A DNA stretch of 64,000 nt from an uncultured Chloroflexia bacterium (GTDB taxonomy: Bacteria > Chloroflexota > Limnocylindria > Limnocylindrales > CSP1-4), in contig CAVVYR010000007.1 in the NCBI GenBank assembly GCA_963752475.1, forward strand, positions 320,001-384,000, in the 5' to 3' direction. Positions 46,698-55,837 of this stretch are shown here, one piece after another; within the stretch, counting starts at the first letter, position 1, and every line of letters begins with the position of its first letter. The position numbers were made by a program, and so were the translations under genes. The notes beneath the pieces are model-generated. The model did no database searches, was not told where the DNA came from, and saw only the letters and a program-made list of their open reading frames with translations.

Positions 46698-47165
46698 ATG
46701 AACCGTGTCCTGTTGACCGGACGGTTGACGCGCGATCCCGAGATGCGCTCGCTGCCGAGTGGCAAGACCGTCACCAACTTCTCGGTAGCCACCAACGAGT
46801 ACCGCAAGGGAGAGGAGTACACCGAGTACCACTCCGTGGTCACGTGGGAGCGCCTCGCGGAGATCTGCGGCCAGTTCTTGGGCAAGGGCCAGATGGTGTC
46901 GCTCGAAGGGCGGCTCCAAACGCGTCGCTGGGAGGATGACCACAAGATCAAGCACTACCGCACCGAGATCGTGGCCAACACCGTGGAGATGCTCTCGGGC
47001 CGTCGCAAGAAGGACTATGCGGCGGAGTCCGCGGCCCAGGCGCTCGAGACCCAGGCGGAGGTCATGGGCCTCGACCCGGTCGGACCCGACGACTACATCG
47101 AGGCCGAGGACGTCGATGACTCCGACACCGTCGAGCCAGCAGAGCCCGAGGCCGTCGCTGCCTGA
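46698..47165 (+). CDS. ssb: Single-stranded DNA-binding protein
   Basis: MNRVLLTGRLTRDPEMR and EGRLQTRRW motifs; AAGGAGG RBS. Confidence 0.93.
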   Translation: MNRVLLTGRLTRDPEMRSLPSGKTVTNFSVATNEYRKGEEYTEYHSVVTWERLAEICGQFLGKGQMVSLEGRLQTRRWEDDHKIKHYRTEIVANTVEMLSGRRKKDYAAESAAQALETQAEVMGLDPVGPDDYIEAEDVDDSDTVEPAEPEAVAA

Positions 47166-47182
47166 CGCTCATCCCTGACCGA

Positions 47183-47217
47183 GCGGCCGGCGCCGTCCTC
47201 CCCTCCGGCGCCGGCCG
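47183..47217 (+). terminator. GC-rich hairpin after ssb
   Basis: ggccggcgccg ... cggcgccggcc inverted repeat. Confidence 0.6.
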
Positions 47218-47312
47218 TCCCGGCTTGCCATGCGTCCTAGACTGTCCGAGCGCGAGGCGGACAAGGACACGTCGCTTCGTGACCCACACCGGGGGGCACG
47301 AGGGAGAGAACC

Positions 47313-47681
47313 ATGCGCATCGCCGCCACCCTGCCAGCTTCCGACATCGAGCGTGCGAAGGACTGGTACGCCAGGATCTTCCAGATCGAACCGATCGAAC
47401 AGACCGAGGACGGTTCCTACTGGTTCGAGCTCGACGGTATCCGGTTCCTCGTCTACGCCTCACGGTTCGCCGGGACCAACCAGGCCACGGCTGCCGGCAT
47501 CGAGGTCGAGGACGTCGCGGCTGCTGTCGCCGAGTTCAGCTCTCGGGGCGCGAAGTTCCAGGACTACGACTTCGGCGATGACTTCCGTACGGTCGACCAC
47601 ATCCTCACCACGCCGACGGGAACGAAGCTGGCCTGGATGCAGGATTCGGAAGGCAACATCCTCGGCCTCTCCACGAGCTAG
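47313..47681 (+). CDS. VOC/glyoxalase family protein
   Basis: LPASDIERAKDWY and AWMQDSEGNILGL motifs. Confidence 0.9.
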   Translation: MRIAATLPASDIERAKDWYARIFQIEPIEQTEDGSYWFELDGIRFLVYASRFAGTNQATAAGIEVEDVAAAVAEFSSRGAKFQDYDFGDDFRTVDHILTTPTGTKLAWMQDSEGNILGLSTS

Positions 47682-47870
47682 CGACATCGTCGAGACCATC
47701 ACCAGCGGGCGCGAGGTACGAGCGTGCGCGTGTCCGTTCGATGGAAGTGGGATTCGACCCTTGGCGAGTATCCTTGTGTCGGCGGCACAGCCGCGAACGA
47801 CACGAGCATCGAGCGGACGATCCCCAGGGTCCGTCGATCACGATACTGGGGGTCCCGCGAAGGAGGGGTC

Positions 47871-48215
47871 ATGTTTCGTTTCATCATCGGCCTGGTCAGT
47901 GGTGTGGCCATCGGTGCCGCCGCCGCCAGCGTGAGTCAGGGCCAGTCCGGCCAGGACCTGCGCGCTGAGTTCGACCGCATCCGCAACGACCTGCAGGAGC
48001 GCAACTTCGACGCCCTCGGCGCCCATCTCGAGGAGCGCTTCAAGGAACTGCAGGTCAACCTCGAAGAGCGCTTCGCCGAGGTCCAGCAAGCTGCCGCCGA
48101 GAAGGCGGAAGAGTCTGCCGCGGCTGCGGAAGACGTCGCCGACGAACTCGTCGAGAAGGCTGACGAAGCAGTCGAGGAAGCCGAGGACGCCGCGGAGGAG
48201 GCCAAGGAGGCCTAG
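47871..48215 (+). CDS. YtxH-like membrane-anchored acidic coiled-coil protein
   Basis: AAGGAGG RBS; FIIGLVSGVAIGAAAA anchor; E/A-rich helical tail. Confidence 0.75.
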   Translation: MFRFIIGLVSGVAIGAAAASVSQGQSGQDLRAEFDRIRNDLQERNFDALGAHLEERFKELQVNLEERFAEVQQAAAEKAEESAAAAEDVADELVEKADEAVEEAEDAAEEAKEA

Positions 48216-48249
48216 CCTTTGGGCGCAACGCTCCCGCAACCACGACACA

Positions 48250-48285
48250 AGACGGCCGTGACCCCTCGCAGGGACACGGCCGTCT
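48250..48285 (+). terminator. Stem-loop terminator
   Basis: agacggccgtg ... cacggccgtct inverted repeat. Confidence 0.65.
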
Positions 48286-48447
48286 ATCATCTGTCGGTAA
48301 TCGCGCCGCGGGCCGCAGTCCGCCGCAAGGGAGAGGAGTCATCACCAGCATCGGAGTGGCCGTCCGGACCGGACGGCCATCGGCACCTGTCAACGTCCCC
48401 GCGGGGAACCAGGGGGCTGGTGTACCCATAGCGCGAGGGACCGCCTG

Positions 48448-49743
48448 ATGCCCGCCAGCGTGATCGTCGGCCTCCAATGGGGCGACGAGGGCAAGGGCAA
48501 GGCCGTCGACCTGCTCTCGGAGTCGGTCTCGATGGTCGTTCGCTTCCAGGGTGGGGATAACGCCGGCCACACGGTCATCGTGGGTGACGAGGTCTTCAAG
48601 CTGCACCTCGTACCGTCGGGTGTCCTGCATCCGCACATCACACCGGTCATCGGCAACGGCGTGGTGGTCAACCCCCGGACGCTCATCACCGAGATGGACA
48701 TGCTCGCCCAGCGCGGCATCGATGTCTCGCGTATCCGCGTGAGCCGCGCGGCGCACGTGATCATGCCGTATCACATCGCCCTCGACGAAGCCATCGAGGC
48801 CCATCTCTCGGGCAACGAGATCGGCACCACCCGGCGAGGCATCGGCCCCACGTACGCGGACCGCGCCTCACGCGCCGGCGTGCGCATGGAGGACCTGCTC
48901 GACCCGGATGCGCTGAAGCGGCGCCTGTCCCTGGTCCTGCCCGAGCGCAACGCCATCCTGCACGAGTCCTACGGCCAGCACGGATTCGAGATGGACGAGC
49001 TTCTCGCGCAAGCCGCGAGCTGGGCCGAACGGCTGGGTCCACATATCGTCGATACCACGAACCTCGTGCAGGACGCTCTTGCGAAGGGCGAGCACGTCAT
49101 CCTCGAGGGCGCCCAGGGCACGCTCCTGGACCTCGACCACGGCACCTATCCGTTCGTGACCTCGAGCAACCCCATCGCCGGTGGCGCCACCACTGGCGGC
49201 GGCGTCGGCCCGCTCCAGATCGACCACATCCTCGGCATCATCAAGGCCTATTCCACGCGCGTCGGTGCGGGCCCGTTCCCCACCGAGCTCGATGACGAAG
49301 CCGGCCGCTACCTGCTCGAGAAGGGTCACGAGTTCGGTACCACTACCGGCCGGCAGCGACGCTGCGGCTGGCTCGATGCGGTGCCGTTGCGCTACTCGGT
49401 CGCCGTCAACTCGGTCAGCGACCTGATGGTCAACAAGCTCGACATCCTCAGCGGCCTCGAAGAGCTGCGCATCGCCACGAGCTACGTGGTCAAGGGCGAG
49501 GAGCGTCGCTGGCCGCTCTCATTGGCCGATCTGGAGCACGCCGAACCGGTCTACGAGGTGCTCCCGGGCTGGGAGGAAGACATCTCCGGCGCGCGCTCGA
49601 TAGAGGAACTGCCGGCCAACGCGGTGGCCTTCGTCGATGCCATCGAGCAGGCCGCGGGCGCGCCGGTGGCCATCGTCAGCGTCGGGCCCGAGCGGACCCA
49701 GACGATCCACCGCCAGCCCTTCCACCAGCGACCGCGAGCGTAG
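48448..49743 (+). CDS. purA: Adenylosuccinate synthetase
   Basis: QWGDEGKGK, GGDNAGHT, GIGPTYAD and EFGTTTGRQRRCGWLD motifs. Confidence 0.97.
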   Translation: MPASVIVGLQWGDEGKGKAVDLLSESVSMVVRFQGGDNAGHTVIVGDEVFKLHLVPSGVLHPHITPVIGNGVVVNPRTLITEMDMLAQRGIDVSRIRVSRAAHVIMPYHIALDEAIEAHLSGNEIGTTRRGIGPTYADRASRAGVRMEDLLDPDALKRRLSLVLPERNAILHESYGQHGFEMDELLAQAASWAERLGPHIVDTTNLVQDALAKGEHVILEGAQGTLLDLDHGTYPFVTSSNPIAGGATTGGGVGPLQIDHILGIIKAYSTRVGAGPFPTELDDEAGRYLLEKGHEFGTTTGRQRRCGWLDAVPLRYSVAVNSVSDLMVNKLDILSGLEELRIATSYVVKGEERRWPLSLADLEHAEPVYEVLPGWEEDISGARSIEELPANAVAFVDAIEQAAGAPVAIVSVGPERTQTIHRQPFHQRPRA

Positions 49744-49745
49744 TC

Positions 49746-51047
49746 ATGATCGGGCGCTACACGACCCCCGAGATGGGGGCGCTGTGGTCGGATGCGGCTC
49801 GCTTCGAGCACATGCTGCAGGTGGAGATCGCCGTACTCGGGGCGCTCGCTGAGGAAGGCCAGGTGCCACCGGAAGCCGTGGCCGCGGTCGAGGCGCGTGC
49901 GGTCGTCGATATCGACCGCATCAACGAGATCGAGGCCACCACCGACCACGATGTCGTGGCCTTCGTCACGCAGGTCGCCGAGACCGTCGGTGAGGAGGGC
50001 CGCTGGATCCACTTCGGCCTGACCAGCAGCGACGTCGTCGACACCGCGCTCGCGCTGCAGTGTCGGGCCGCCGCCGACCTCATCCTGGCCGCGCTCGACG
50101 AGACCATCGCCGTGGTCGTGACCAAGGCGCGCGAGCATGCCGAGACGCTGCAGATGGGCCGCACCCATGGCGTCCACGCGGAGCCGCTGACGTTCGGGCT
50201 GAAGCTCACCACCTGGGCCTTCGAGCTCGACCGGGCGCGCACCCGTCTGCGTGCCGCCGCCGATGACCTCGCCACAGGCAAGATCTCCGGTCCGGTCGGG
50301 ACGTACTCACAGCTGCCGCCGTCGATCGAGGCCAGGGCGCTCGGCCGATTGGGCCTCAAGGCGGACGACGCCTCCACCCAGATCGTGCAGCGCGACCGGC
50401 ACGCGGCCTTCCTCGCGGCCATCGCCGTCACCGGCGGCTCCATCGAGCGATTCGCGGTCGAGATCCGCAACCTCCAGCACACCGAGCTGGCTGAGGTCGG
50501 CGAGCCCTTCAAGCGTGGCCAGACCGGCTCCTCGGCCATGCCCCACAAGCGCAATCCGATCCTCTCGGAACGTCTCACGGGCATGTCCCGCCTGCTCCGC
50601 GGCTATGCCGTCGCGGGCATGGAGGACCAAGCCCTATGGCACGAGCGCGACATCAGCCACTCATCGGTCGAGCGCGTGGCGCTGCCGGGTGCGACGACGC
50701 TGCTGCACTACATGCTCGGTCGTTTCCGCCGGCTCGTGGACGGACTCGTCGTGCGGCCGGAGCGCATGGCCCAGAACATCGAGCGCGGCCTGGGCCTGCA
50801 CTGCTCCTCGCGCGTGCTCACGTCGCTCGTCGATGCCGGTCTCGCCCGCACTGAGGCCTACCCGATCGTGCAGCGCAACGCTCTGCGCGCCTTCGATGAG
50901 CGGGTCAGCTTTCGCGAGCTCATCGAGGCCGACCCCGATGTCACCGCCACCCTCACACCCGAAGCCATCGAGCACTGCTTCGACGACCGCGCTTGGCTGA
51001 GCCACGTGCAGGGCGTCATCGCACGACTGGAGCGCCTGGACCCATGA
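49746..51047 (+). CDS. purB: Adenylosuccinate lyase
   Basis: HFGLTSSD, GRTHGVHAEP and GSSAMPHKRNP motifs. Confidence 0.97.
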   Translation: MIGRYTTPEMGALWSDAARFEHMLQVEIAVLGALAEEGQVPPEAVAAVEARAVVDIDRINEIEATTDHDVVAFVTQVAETVGEEGRWIHFGLTSSDVVDTALALQCRAAADLILAALDETIAVVVTKAREHAETLQMGRTHGVHAEPLTFGLKLTTWAFELDRARTRLRAAADDLATGKISGPVGTYSQLPPSIEARALGRLGLKADDASTQIVQRDRHAAFLAAIAVTGGSIERFAVEIRNLQHTELAEVGEPFKRGQTGSSAMPHKRNPILSERLTGMSRLLRGYAVAGMEDQALWHERDISHSSVERVALPGATTLLHYMLGRFRRLVDGLVVRPERMAQNIERGLGLHCSSRVLTSLVDAGLARTEAYPIVQRNALRAFDERVSFRELIEADPDVTATLTPEAIEHCFDDRAWLSHVQGVIARLERLDP

Positions 51048-52609
51048 CCGACACGCCCCGACCACGAGCGCTGCTTTCGGTCTCCGACAAGACCGGCCTC
51101 GTCGAGCTGGCCCGCGGACTGGCCGAGCGCGGCTTCGCGCTGGTGTCCACCGGCGGTACCGCGCGCACCATCCGCGATGCCGGCGTGGCGGTCACCGATG
51201 TGGCCGAGGTCACCGGCGCGCCGGAGATGCTCGACGGGCGCGTCAAGACGCTGCACCCGCGCATCCACGGCGGGGTGCTGGCCAACCTCAACGACCCCTC
51301 GCACCGTGAGCAGCTGGCCGATCAGGGCATCGAGCCGTTCTCGGTCGTGGTCGTGAACCTCTACCAGTTCGAGCAGGCCGCGGCCGCGGGGAACCTGTCG
51401 GATGACGAGCTCATCGAGGAGATCGACATCGGCGGACCTACGCTGGTGCGCGCGGGTGCCAAGAACCACGCCAACGTGGCCATCGTCACCGACCCGGCCG
51501 ACTACGACGCGATCCTCGCCGAGATCGACGAGCACGGGCAGGTCCCGCTACGTACGCGGCAGCTGCTCGCACTGAAGGCCTACCGACGGACCGCGGCCTA
51601 CGACGCAGCCATCGTCTCGGAGCTGGCGACGCGCTGGACGCCCGAGGACGCGACCCCCGAGGTCGTACCGCTGGCGCTCAAGCGATCGCTGGAGCTGCGC
51701 TATGGCGAGAATCCACATCAGCAGGCTGCGCTCTACTCGGTCGTCGGTGCCGATCCCGCGGTCGGGCCCTTCGTGGCCGGGGCAGAGCCGCTGCAGGGCA
51801 AGCCGCTGAGCTACAACAATCTGCTCGATGCCTCGGCTGCGGCGGCGATGGCTCGCGACCTCGTTGGCCAGGCGGTCGTCATCGTCAAGCACGGCAACCC
51901 CTGTGGCGCGGCCGAGGCCGACGACCTCCTGACCGCCTGGGACCGAGCGCTCGAAGCCGATCCGGTCAGCGCCTTCGGCGGCGTGGTCGGTGTCCGCGGC
52001 ATCGTCGACGAGACCCTCGCGGAACGCCTGACGAGCCTGTTCCTCGAGGTCGTCGTGGCCGAGGGCTTCGACGCTGGCGCTCGCAAGGTGCTCGCCGCCA
52101 AGCCCGACCTGCGGCTGCTCGAGGATCCCACCATCGCGCAGCCTACGACCGTGGCCCTCGAGGCTCGCGCGGCCGGTGGCGGCGTGCTGCTCATGACCTC
52201 GGACGTCGAGCCCGATGATGCGTCGACCTGGCGCACGGTCACCAAGCGAAAACCCAGCGAGTCCGAGATGGCCGACCTGGCCTTCGGCTGGCGCATCGCC
52301 CGGCACGTGAAGTCCAATGCCATCGTGCTCGCTCGTGGCGGCGCCATCGTCGGCGTCGGTGCCGGTCAGATGAATCGCGTCCAGAGCGCCCGGCTCGCGG
52401 TGGAGCAGGCAGGAGAGAAAGCGCGCGGCGCCGTCTGTGCCAGCGACGCCTTCTTCCCGTTCCCCGATGGTGTCGAGACCTGTCTCGCGGCGGGCGTCAC
52501 CGCGGTGGTGGAGCCCGGCGGTGCACGCAAGGATGACGACGTCATCGCCGCCGTCGACGCCGCCGGCGCCGCCATGGTCTTCACCGGCCGACGCCACTTC
52601 AAGCACTAG
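51044..52609 (+). CDS. purH: Bifunctional AICAR transformylase/IMP cyclohydrolase
   Basis: ALLSVSDKTG, GRVKTLHP, LRYGENPHQ, SDAFFPF and TGRRHFKH motifs. Confidence 0.97.
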   Translation: MTDTPRPRALLSVSDKTGLVELARGLAERGFALVSTGGTARTIRDAGVAVTDVAEVTGAPEMLDGRVKTLHPRIHGGVLANLNDPSHREQLADQGIEPFSVVVVNLYQFEQAAAAGNLSDDELIEEIDIGGPTLVRAGAKNHANVAIVTDPADYDAILAEIDEHGQVPLRTRQLLALKAYRRTAAYDAAIVSELATRWTPEDATPEVVPLALKRSLELRYGENPHQQAALYSVVGADPAVGPFVAGAEPLQGKPLSYNNLLDASAAAAMARDLVGQAVVIVKHGNPCGAAEADDLLTAWDRALEADPVSAFGGVVGVRGIVDETLAERLTSLFLEVVVAEGFDAGARKVLAAKPDLRLLEDPTIAQPTTVALEARAAGGGVLLMTSDVEPDDASTWRTVTKRKPSESEMADLAFGWRIARHVKSNAIVLARGGAIVGVGAGQMNRVQSARLAVEQAGEKARGAVCASDAFFPFPDGVETCLAAGVTAVVEPGGARKDDDVIAAVDAAGAAMVFTGRRHFKH

Positions 52610-52627
52610 GCCGGGCCGCTAGGCCCA

Positions 52628-52799
52628 GCCATGCCATCCCACGCTGGCTGAACTCGACCACTCGACGCGCCGACTGCATGATTCCAGCTCCGTCGAGACT
52701 CAGGTTGACGATCCGAGCCTCGCCACGGCTGAGATGCGACAGCCCGCCGGCCGTAGCGGTCGAGTTCAGCCCCGGCCGGATGATCCACCTGCCCATGGC
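52628..52799. ncRNA. Candidate structured RNA or foldback element
   Basis: Perfect 14-bp inverted repeat 52646-52659 / 52758-52771, plus nested outer and inner pairings, in an intergenic gap. Confidence 0.35.
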
Positions 52800-52819
52800 C
52801 ATGCACCAGCCGGACATAG

Positions 52820-52866
52820 AAGAACACCGGCCGGAGGCACCGCGACGGTGTCGCCGACCGGCGTCC
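52820..52866 (-). terminator. Terminator of the small DVEGH peptide gene
   Basis: Minus strand acgccggtcgg...ccggccggtgt stem followed by tcttct. Confidence 0.6.
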
Positions 52867-52878
52867 TGGGGATCCGAA

Positions 52879-53052
52879 CTAGCGCTTGGCTTCCTTGGCG
52901 CGATTGCGCTGCTGGGCCGCGCGGTCGACGTCCTTGCTGCGCACGCGGGCCACGTCGCTGGCCAGCGTGGGGTTGATCATCATGTGGCCTTCGACGTCAT
53001 CGTCGTCGGCCGGGCGGTTCTGAGGGCTCTCCTTGCCCTTGTTCTCAGTCAT
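52879..53052 (-). CDS. 57-aa peptide with acidic DDDDVEGH leader and basic helical core
   Basis: GGAG RBS, own terminator, upstream TACAGT -10 and palindromic box; divergent from the Crp gene. Confidence 0.8.
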   Translation of the reverse strand: MTENKGKESPQNRPADDDDVEGHMMINPTLASDVARVRSKDVDRAAQQRNRAKEAKR

Positions 53053-53164
53053 GTTTGTCGCTCCATCTCTTGACCGGTTCGGCGACTTGGACGCTGTCGT
53101 CGAAGCGTGACTGTAGCGTGCCCGTCGAGGCCCGGCCACACCCTCGGACTCGCGACACTGCGCT

Positions 53165-53180
53165 TGTCAAATGGCCGACA
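53165..53180. promoter_or_regulatory. Crp/CooA-type binding site, box 1
   Basis: TGTCA-aatggc-CGACA (TGTCG-N6-TGACA on the minus strand) between the divergent peptide and Crp genes. Confidence 0.72.
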
Positions 53181-53240
53181 CCCGGCATCCGACGTCGACT
53201 CGGCTTGACGTGGCGGATGTCGCCCCGCCATGGTTGCGAC

Positions 53241-53932
53241 GTGGACCAGCAGTTGATCATCACCAGCCTGCGTGACTCGTACCTCTTCGAGCGTGCCGAC
53301 GATGACGCTCTCACGGCCATCGCGCGCCACATGCGGCGGCGCCGCTTCCGGCGCAACGAGACCATCATGCATCAGGGTGATCCCGGCGACGCCCTTCACG
53401 TCGTGAGCTCGGGCGCGGTCAAGATCGTGCTGCCCAGCCTCGAGGGTGAGGAGGCCATCATCGCCACCCTGCGCAGCGGTGACTTCTTCGGCGAGCTGGC
53501 GCTGCTCGACGGGGCTCCGCGCTCGGCCACGGCCGTGGCCTTGGAAACGACCGAGACGCTGACGCTCCCGCGTGAGGCCTTCCTCGAGATGCTCGATCGC
53601 GACAAGTCTCTGCGGGAGTCGTTGCTGTCCGGCCTCGCGCGAGAGATCCGGCGCGTCACCGGACACGTGGAGGAGCTCCACTTCCTCGACCTCGCCGGAC
53701 GGCTGGCCAGCCGCCTGGCGCGGCTGGCGCGTGAGGCCGAGCCCGAGGCCAACGAGGTCCGCCTCGACTGGCCCTATACGCAGTCGGACCTGGCCTCGAT
53801 GATCGGCGGTACCCGGCAGTCCGTTAACAAGCTGCTGTCCGACCTCGTCGACTCGCGACCTCGTGATCATCGAGAAGGACACGCTCATCATCCCCGACGT
53901 CGCAGGCACTGGAGCTCGAGGCCGAGCGGTGA
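53241..53932 (+). CDS. Crp/Fnr-family cNMP-binding transcription regulator, frameshifts near 53853 and 53905
   Basis: Phosphate-binding cassette FFGELALLDGAPRSAT; HTH TQSDLASMIGGTRQSVNK. TTGACG/CATGGT leaderless promoter. Repaired end ...IIEKDTLIIPDVAALELEAER* overlaps the next GTG. Confidence 0.92.
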
Positions 53933-54714
53933 CCGAGGCGACCGACGCCGCCCTGCAGGTCCTCCTCCGCGCCGCCCGCGAGACGGCCACCGCGCGGCGC
54001 ATCGGCGGTGACACCGAGACTGCGTTGCTGCAGTCGGTGGTGGATGCGGCCGCGACCATCTTCGATGCCGAAGCGTCGTCGATCGCGCTCTTCGAACCCG
54101 ATCCTGACCGGCTCGTCTTCCGCGTCGCGGGCGGCGAACAGGGCGACGGCGTCGTCGGCATCTCGGTCGCGCCGACGCACGGCATCGTGGGCTACGTCTT
54201 CTCGACCGGCGAGCCCATCGCGCTCACCGACGTCGGCTCGGACCCGCGCTTCGACAAGGGCACGGCAGAGAAGACCGGCTACATGCCGCGCAGCATCGCC
54301 GCCGTGCCGCTCATCGATGCCGGAGCCACGGTCGGCGTGTTGCAGGTGCTCGACAAGCACTCCGAGGAGTCGTTCTCACTGCGCGACATGGACCTGCTGG
54401 GTGTCTTCGCCCGGCAGGCAGCGGCAGCCATCGAAGCCGCGCGCGTGGGCCGTGACTCCGAGCGGCTGCTGCGCAACGCGCTGGTGGCCATCGGTGGTGA
54501 GGCGCTCGACACGGAGGCGCTGGATGCGCTCATGGCCGCTGCGGCCGAGGAGCTCGACCGTGACGACGAGGCACCGTTCTGGCGGCTGGTGGACCAGGTG
54601 GCGCAGCTGCGCGACACCAACGACGTCGATCTCGAGTTGGTGGAAGAGATCCTCGAGGTCGTGTCCCGGCATCGCTCGCACCGCCTCGGTCGCTACGGTC
54701 GCCGGCCCCGGTGA
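53929..54714 (+). CDS. Stand-alone GAF domain protein
   Basis: EASSIALF, GIVGYVFSTGEP, DPRFD, SIAAVPL and VGVLQVLDK...FSLRDMDLL (NKFDE-like GAF); helical C-terminal extension. Confidence 0.9.
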   Translation: MTEATDAALQVLLRAARETATARRIGGDTETALLQSVVDAAATIFDAEASSIALFEPDPDRLVFRVAGGEQGDGVVGISVAPTHGIVGYVFSTGEPIALTDVGSDPRFDKGTAEKTGYMPRSIAAVPLIDAGATVGVLQVLDKHSEESFSLRDMDLLGVFARQAAAAIEAARVGRDSERLLRNALVAIGGEALDTEALDALMAAAAEELDRDDEAPFWRLVDQVAQLRDTNDVDLELVEEILEVVSRHRSHRLGRYGRRPR

Positions 54715-55538
54715 GCGAGGCCTCGACGCTACGGCCGGCCTGGTCTGAGCCGTTCGTCGGCGAGGCCGTGGCCGAGCTGGCGCGAGCAGCGCGCCTCGAC
54801 CGCATCGACCGCGAGTGGGCGTTCGAGGGCGCGACCGGCAAGGGTGTGACGGTGGCCATCATCGACAGCGGCATCGAGGCCGATCACCCGGCGGTCTCGG
54901 GCCGCGTGCGCCGACAGGTGGCGGTCGAGCTGCAGGACGGCGACCCGGTCGTGGTCGATGACGAGTGCGGCGATCTCTTCGGCCACGGCACCGCCTGTGG
55001 CGGGCTCATCACGGACCTCGCGCCCGACGTCGAGCTGGTCTCGGTGCGTGTCCTCGGCTCCGACCTGCGGGGCAGGGGAGCGGCGTTCCTCGGGGGGCTC
55101 GAGTGGGCCATCGAGCATGAGGTGGATGTGGTCAACCTCTCGCTCTCCTCCAAGAGCGAGGTCCTCTTCGCCGACTTCCATGAGGTCGTCGACCGGGCCT
55201 ACTTCGCCGGAGTGACGCTCGTGAGCGCGGCCAACAACGCACCCGGTGCCTCGTACCCCTCGCTCTTCTCGTCGGTCGTCTCGGTCGCGGCTCACGAGGA
55301 GCCCGACCGCTGGCGCTGGTACTACAACCCGCGTCCGCCCGTGGAGTTCGGGGCCTGGGGCGTGAACGTGCCCATCGCCTGGAAGGACGGCGGCTCGTCG
55401 GTGGCCACGGGCAACTCCTTCGCGGCACCGCAGATCGCCGCGCTCGCGGCCCTGCTGCGCTCGAAGCACCCGGGCCTCACCCCCTTCGAGGTCAAGGCCG
55501 TCCTCGCCGCCACAGCAGACCTGTCAGCACCCGATTGA
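54711..55538 (+). CDS. S8 subtilisin-like serine peptidase, cytoplasmic
   Basis: Triad motifs IIDSGI, HGTACG and GNSFAAP; no signal peptide or obvious prodomain. Confidence 0.93.
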   Translation: MSEASTLRPAWSEPFVGEAVAELARAARLDRIDREWAFEGATGKGVTVAIIDSGIEADHPAVSGRVRRQVAVELQDGDPVVVDDECGDLFGHGTACGGLITDLAPDVELVSVRVLGSDLRGRGAAFLGGLEWAIEHEVDVVNLSLSSKSEVLFADFHEVVDRAYFAGVTLVSAANNAPGASYPSLFSSVVSVAAHEEPDRWRWYYNPRPPVEFGAWGVNVPIAWKDGGSSVATGNSFAAPQIAALAALLRSKHPGLTPFEVKAVLAATADLSAPD

Positions 55539-55547
55539 CCCAGCCGT

Positions 55548-55590
55548 TGTCGGCTGTCTGACAGTCCTCGCGGGCGTCTCCGCCTACCTT
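55548..55590 (+). promoter_or_regulatory. Class II Crp-type promoter, box 2 plus -10
   Basis: TGTCG-gctgtc-TGACA centred at 55555.5; TACCTT begins 29.5 nt downstream. Confidence 0.8.
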
Positions 55591-55617
55591 GATGGCACGC
55601 AGCGCGAGGTCATGGAC

Positions 55618-55827
55618 ATGGGCGACATGCTTCAGCACCCGGAGTTCTACACCCAGGAGATCGAGCGGCACCAGCTCGAGTCCCGACGATGGGCCGAGGC
55701 GGGCATGCTGGGCCGGCTTGCCAGCAGCGTCCGCGAGCAGTCGCAGGAGCAACCGCGGCGCTCCGGCTTCATCGCCCTGGCCACGCCGGTGGCGCTGGTG
55801 CTGGGCATGCTCGCGATCATCATCTAG
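55618..55827 (+). CDS. Small protein A: MLQH...RRWAE motif plus C-terminal TM helix
   Basis: GAGG RBS; paralogous to 60611..60850; dedicated promoter and terminator. Confidence 0.82.
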   Translation: MGDMLQHPEFYTQEIERHQLESRRWAEAGMLGRLASSVREQSQEQPRRSGFIALATPVALVLGMLAIII

Positions 55828-55837
55828 GCCCACTCCC

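Noticed and set aside
52879-55538. RiPP biosynthetic cluster (leader-core peptide plus S8 protease)
   Set aside because: No modifying enzyme (YcaO, radical SAM, lanthionine synthetase) or exporter nearby; a signalling role fits the context better.
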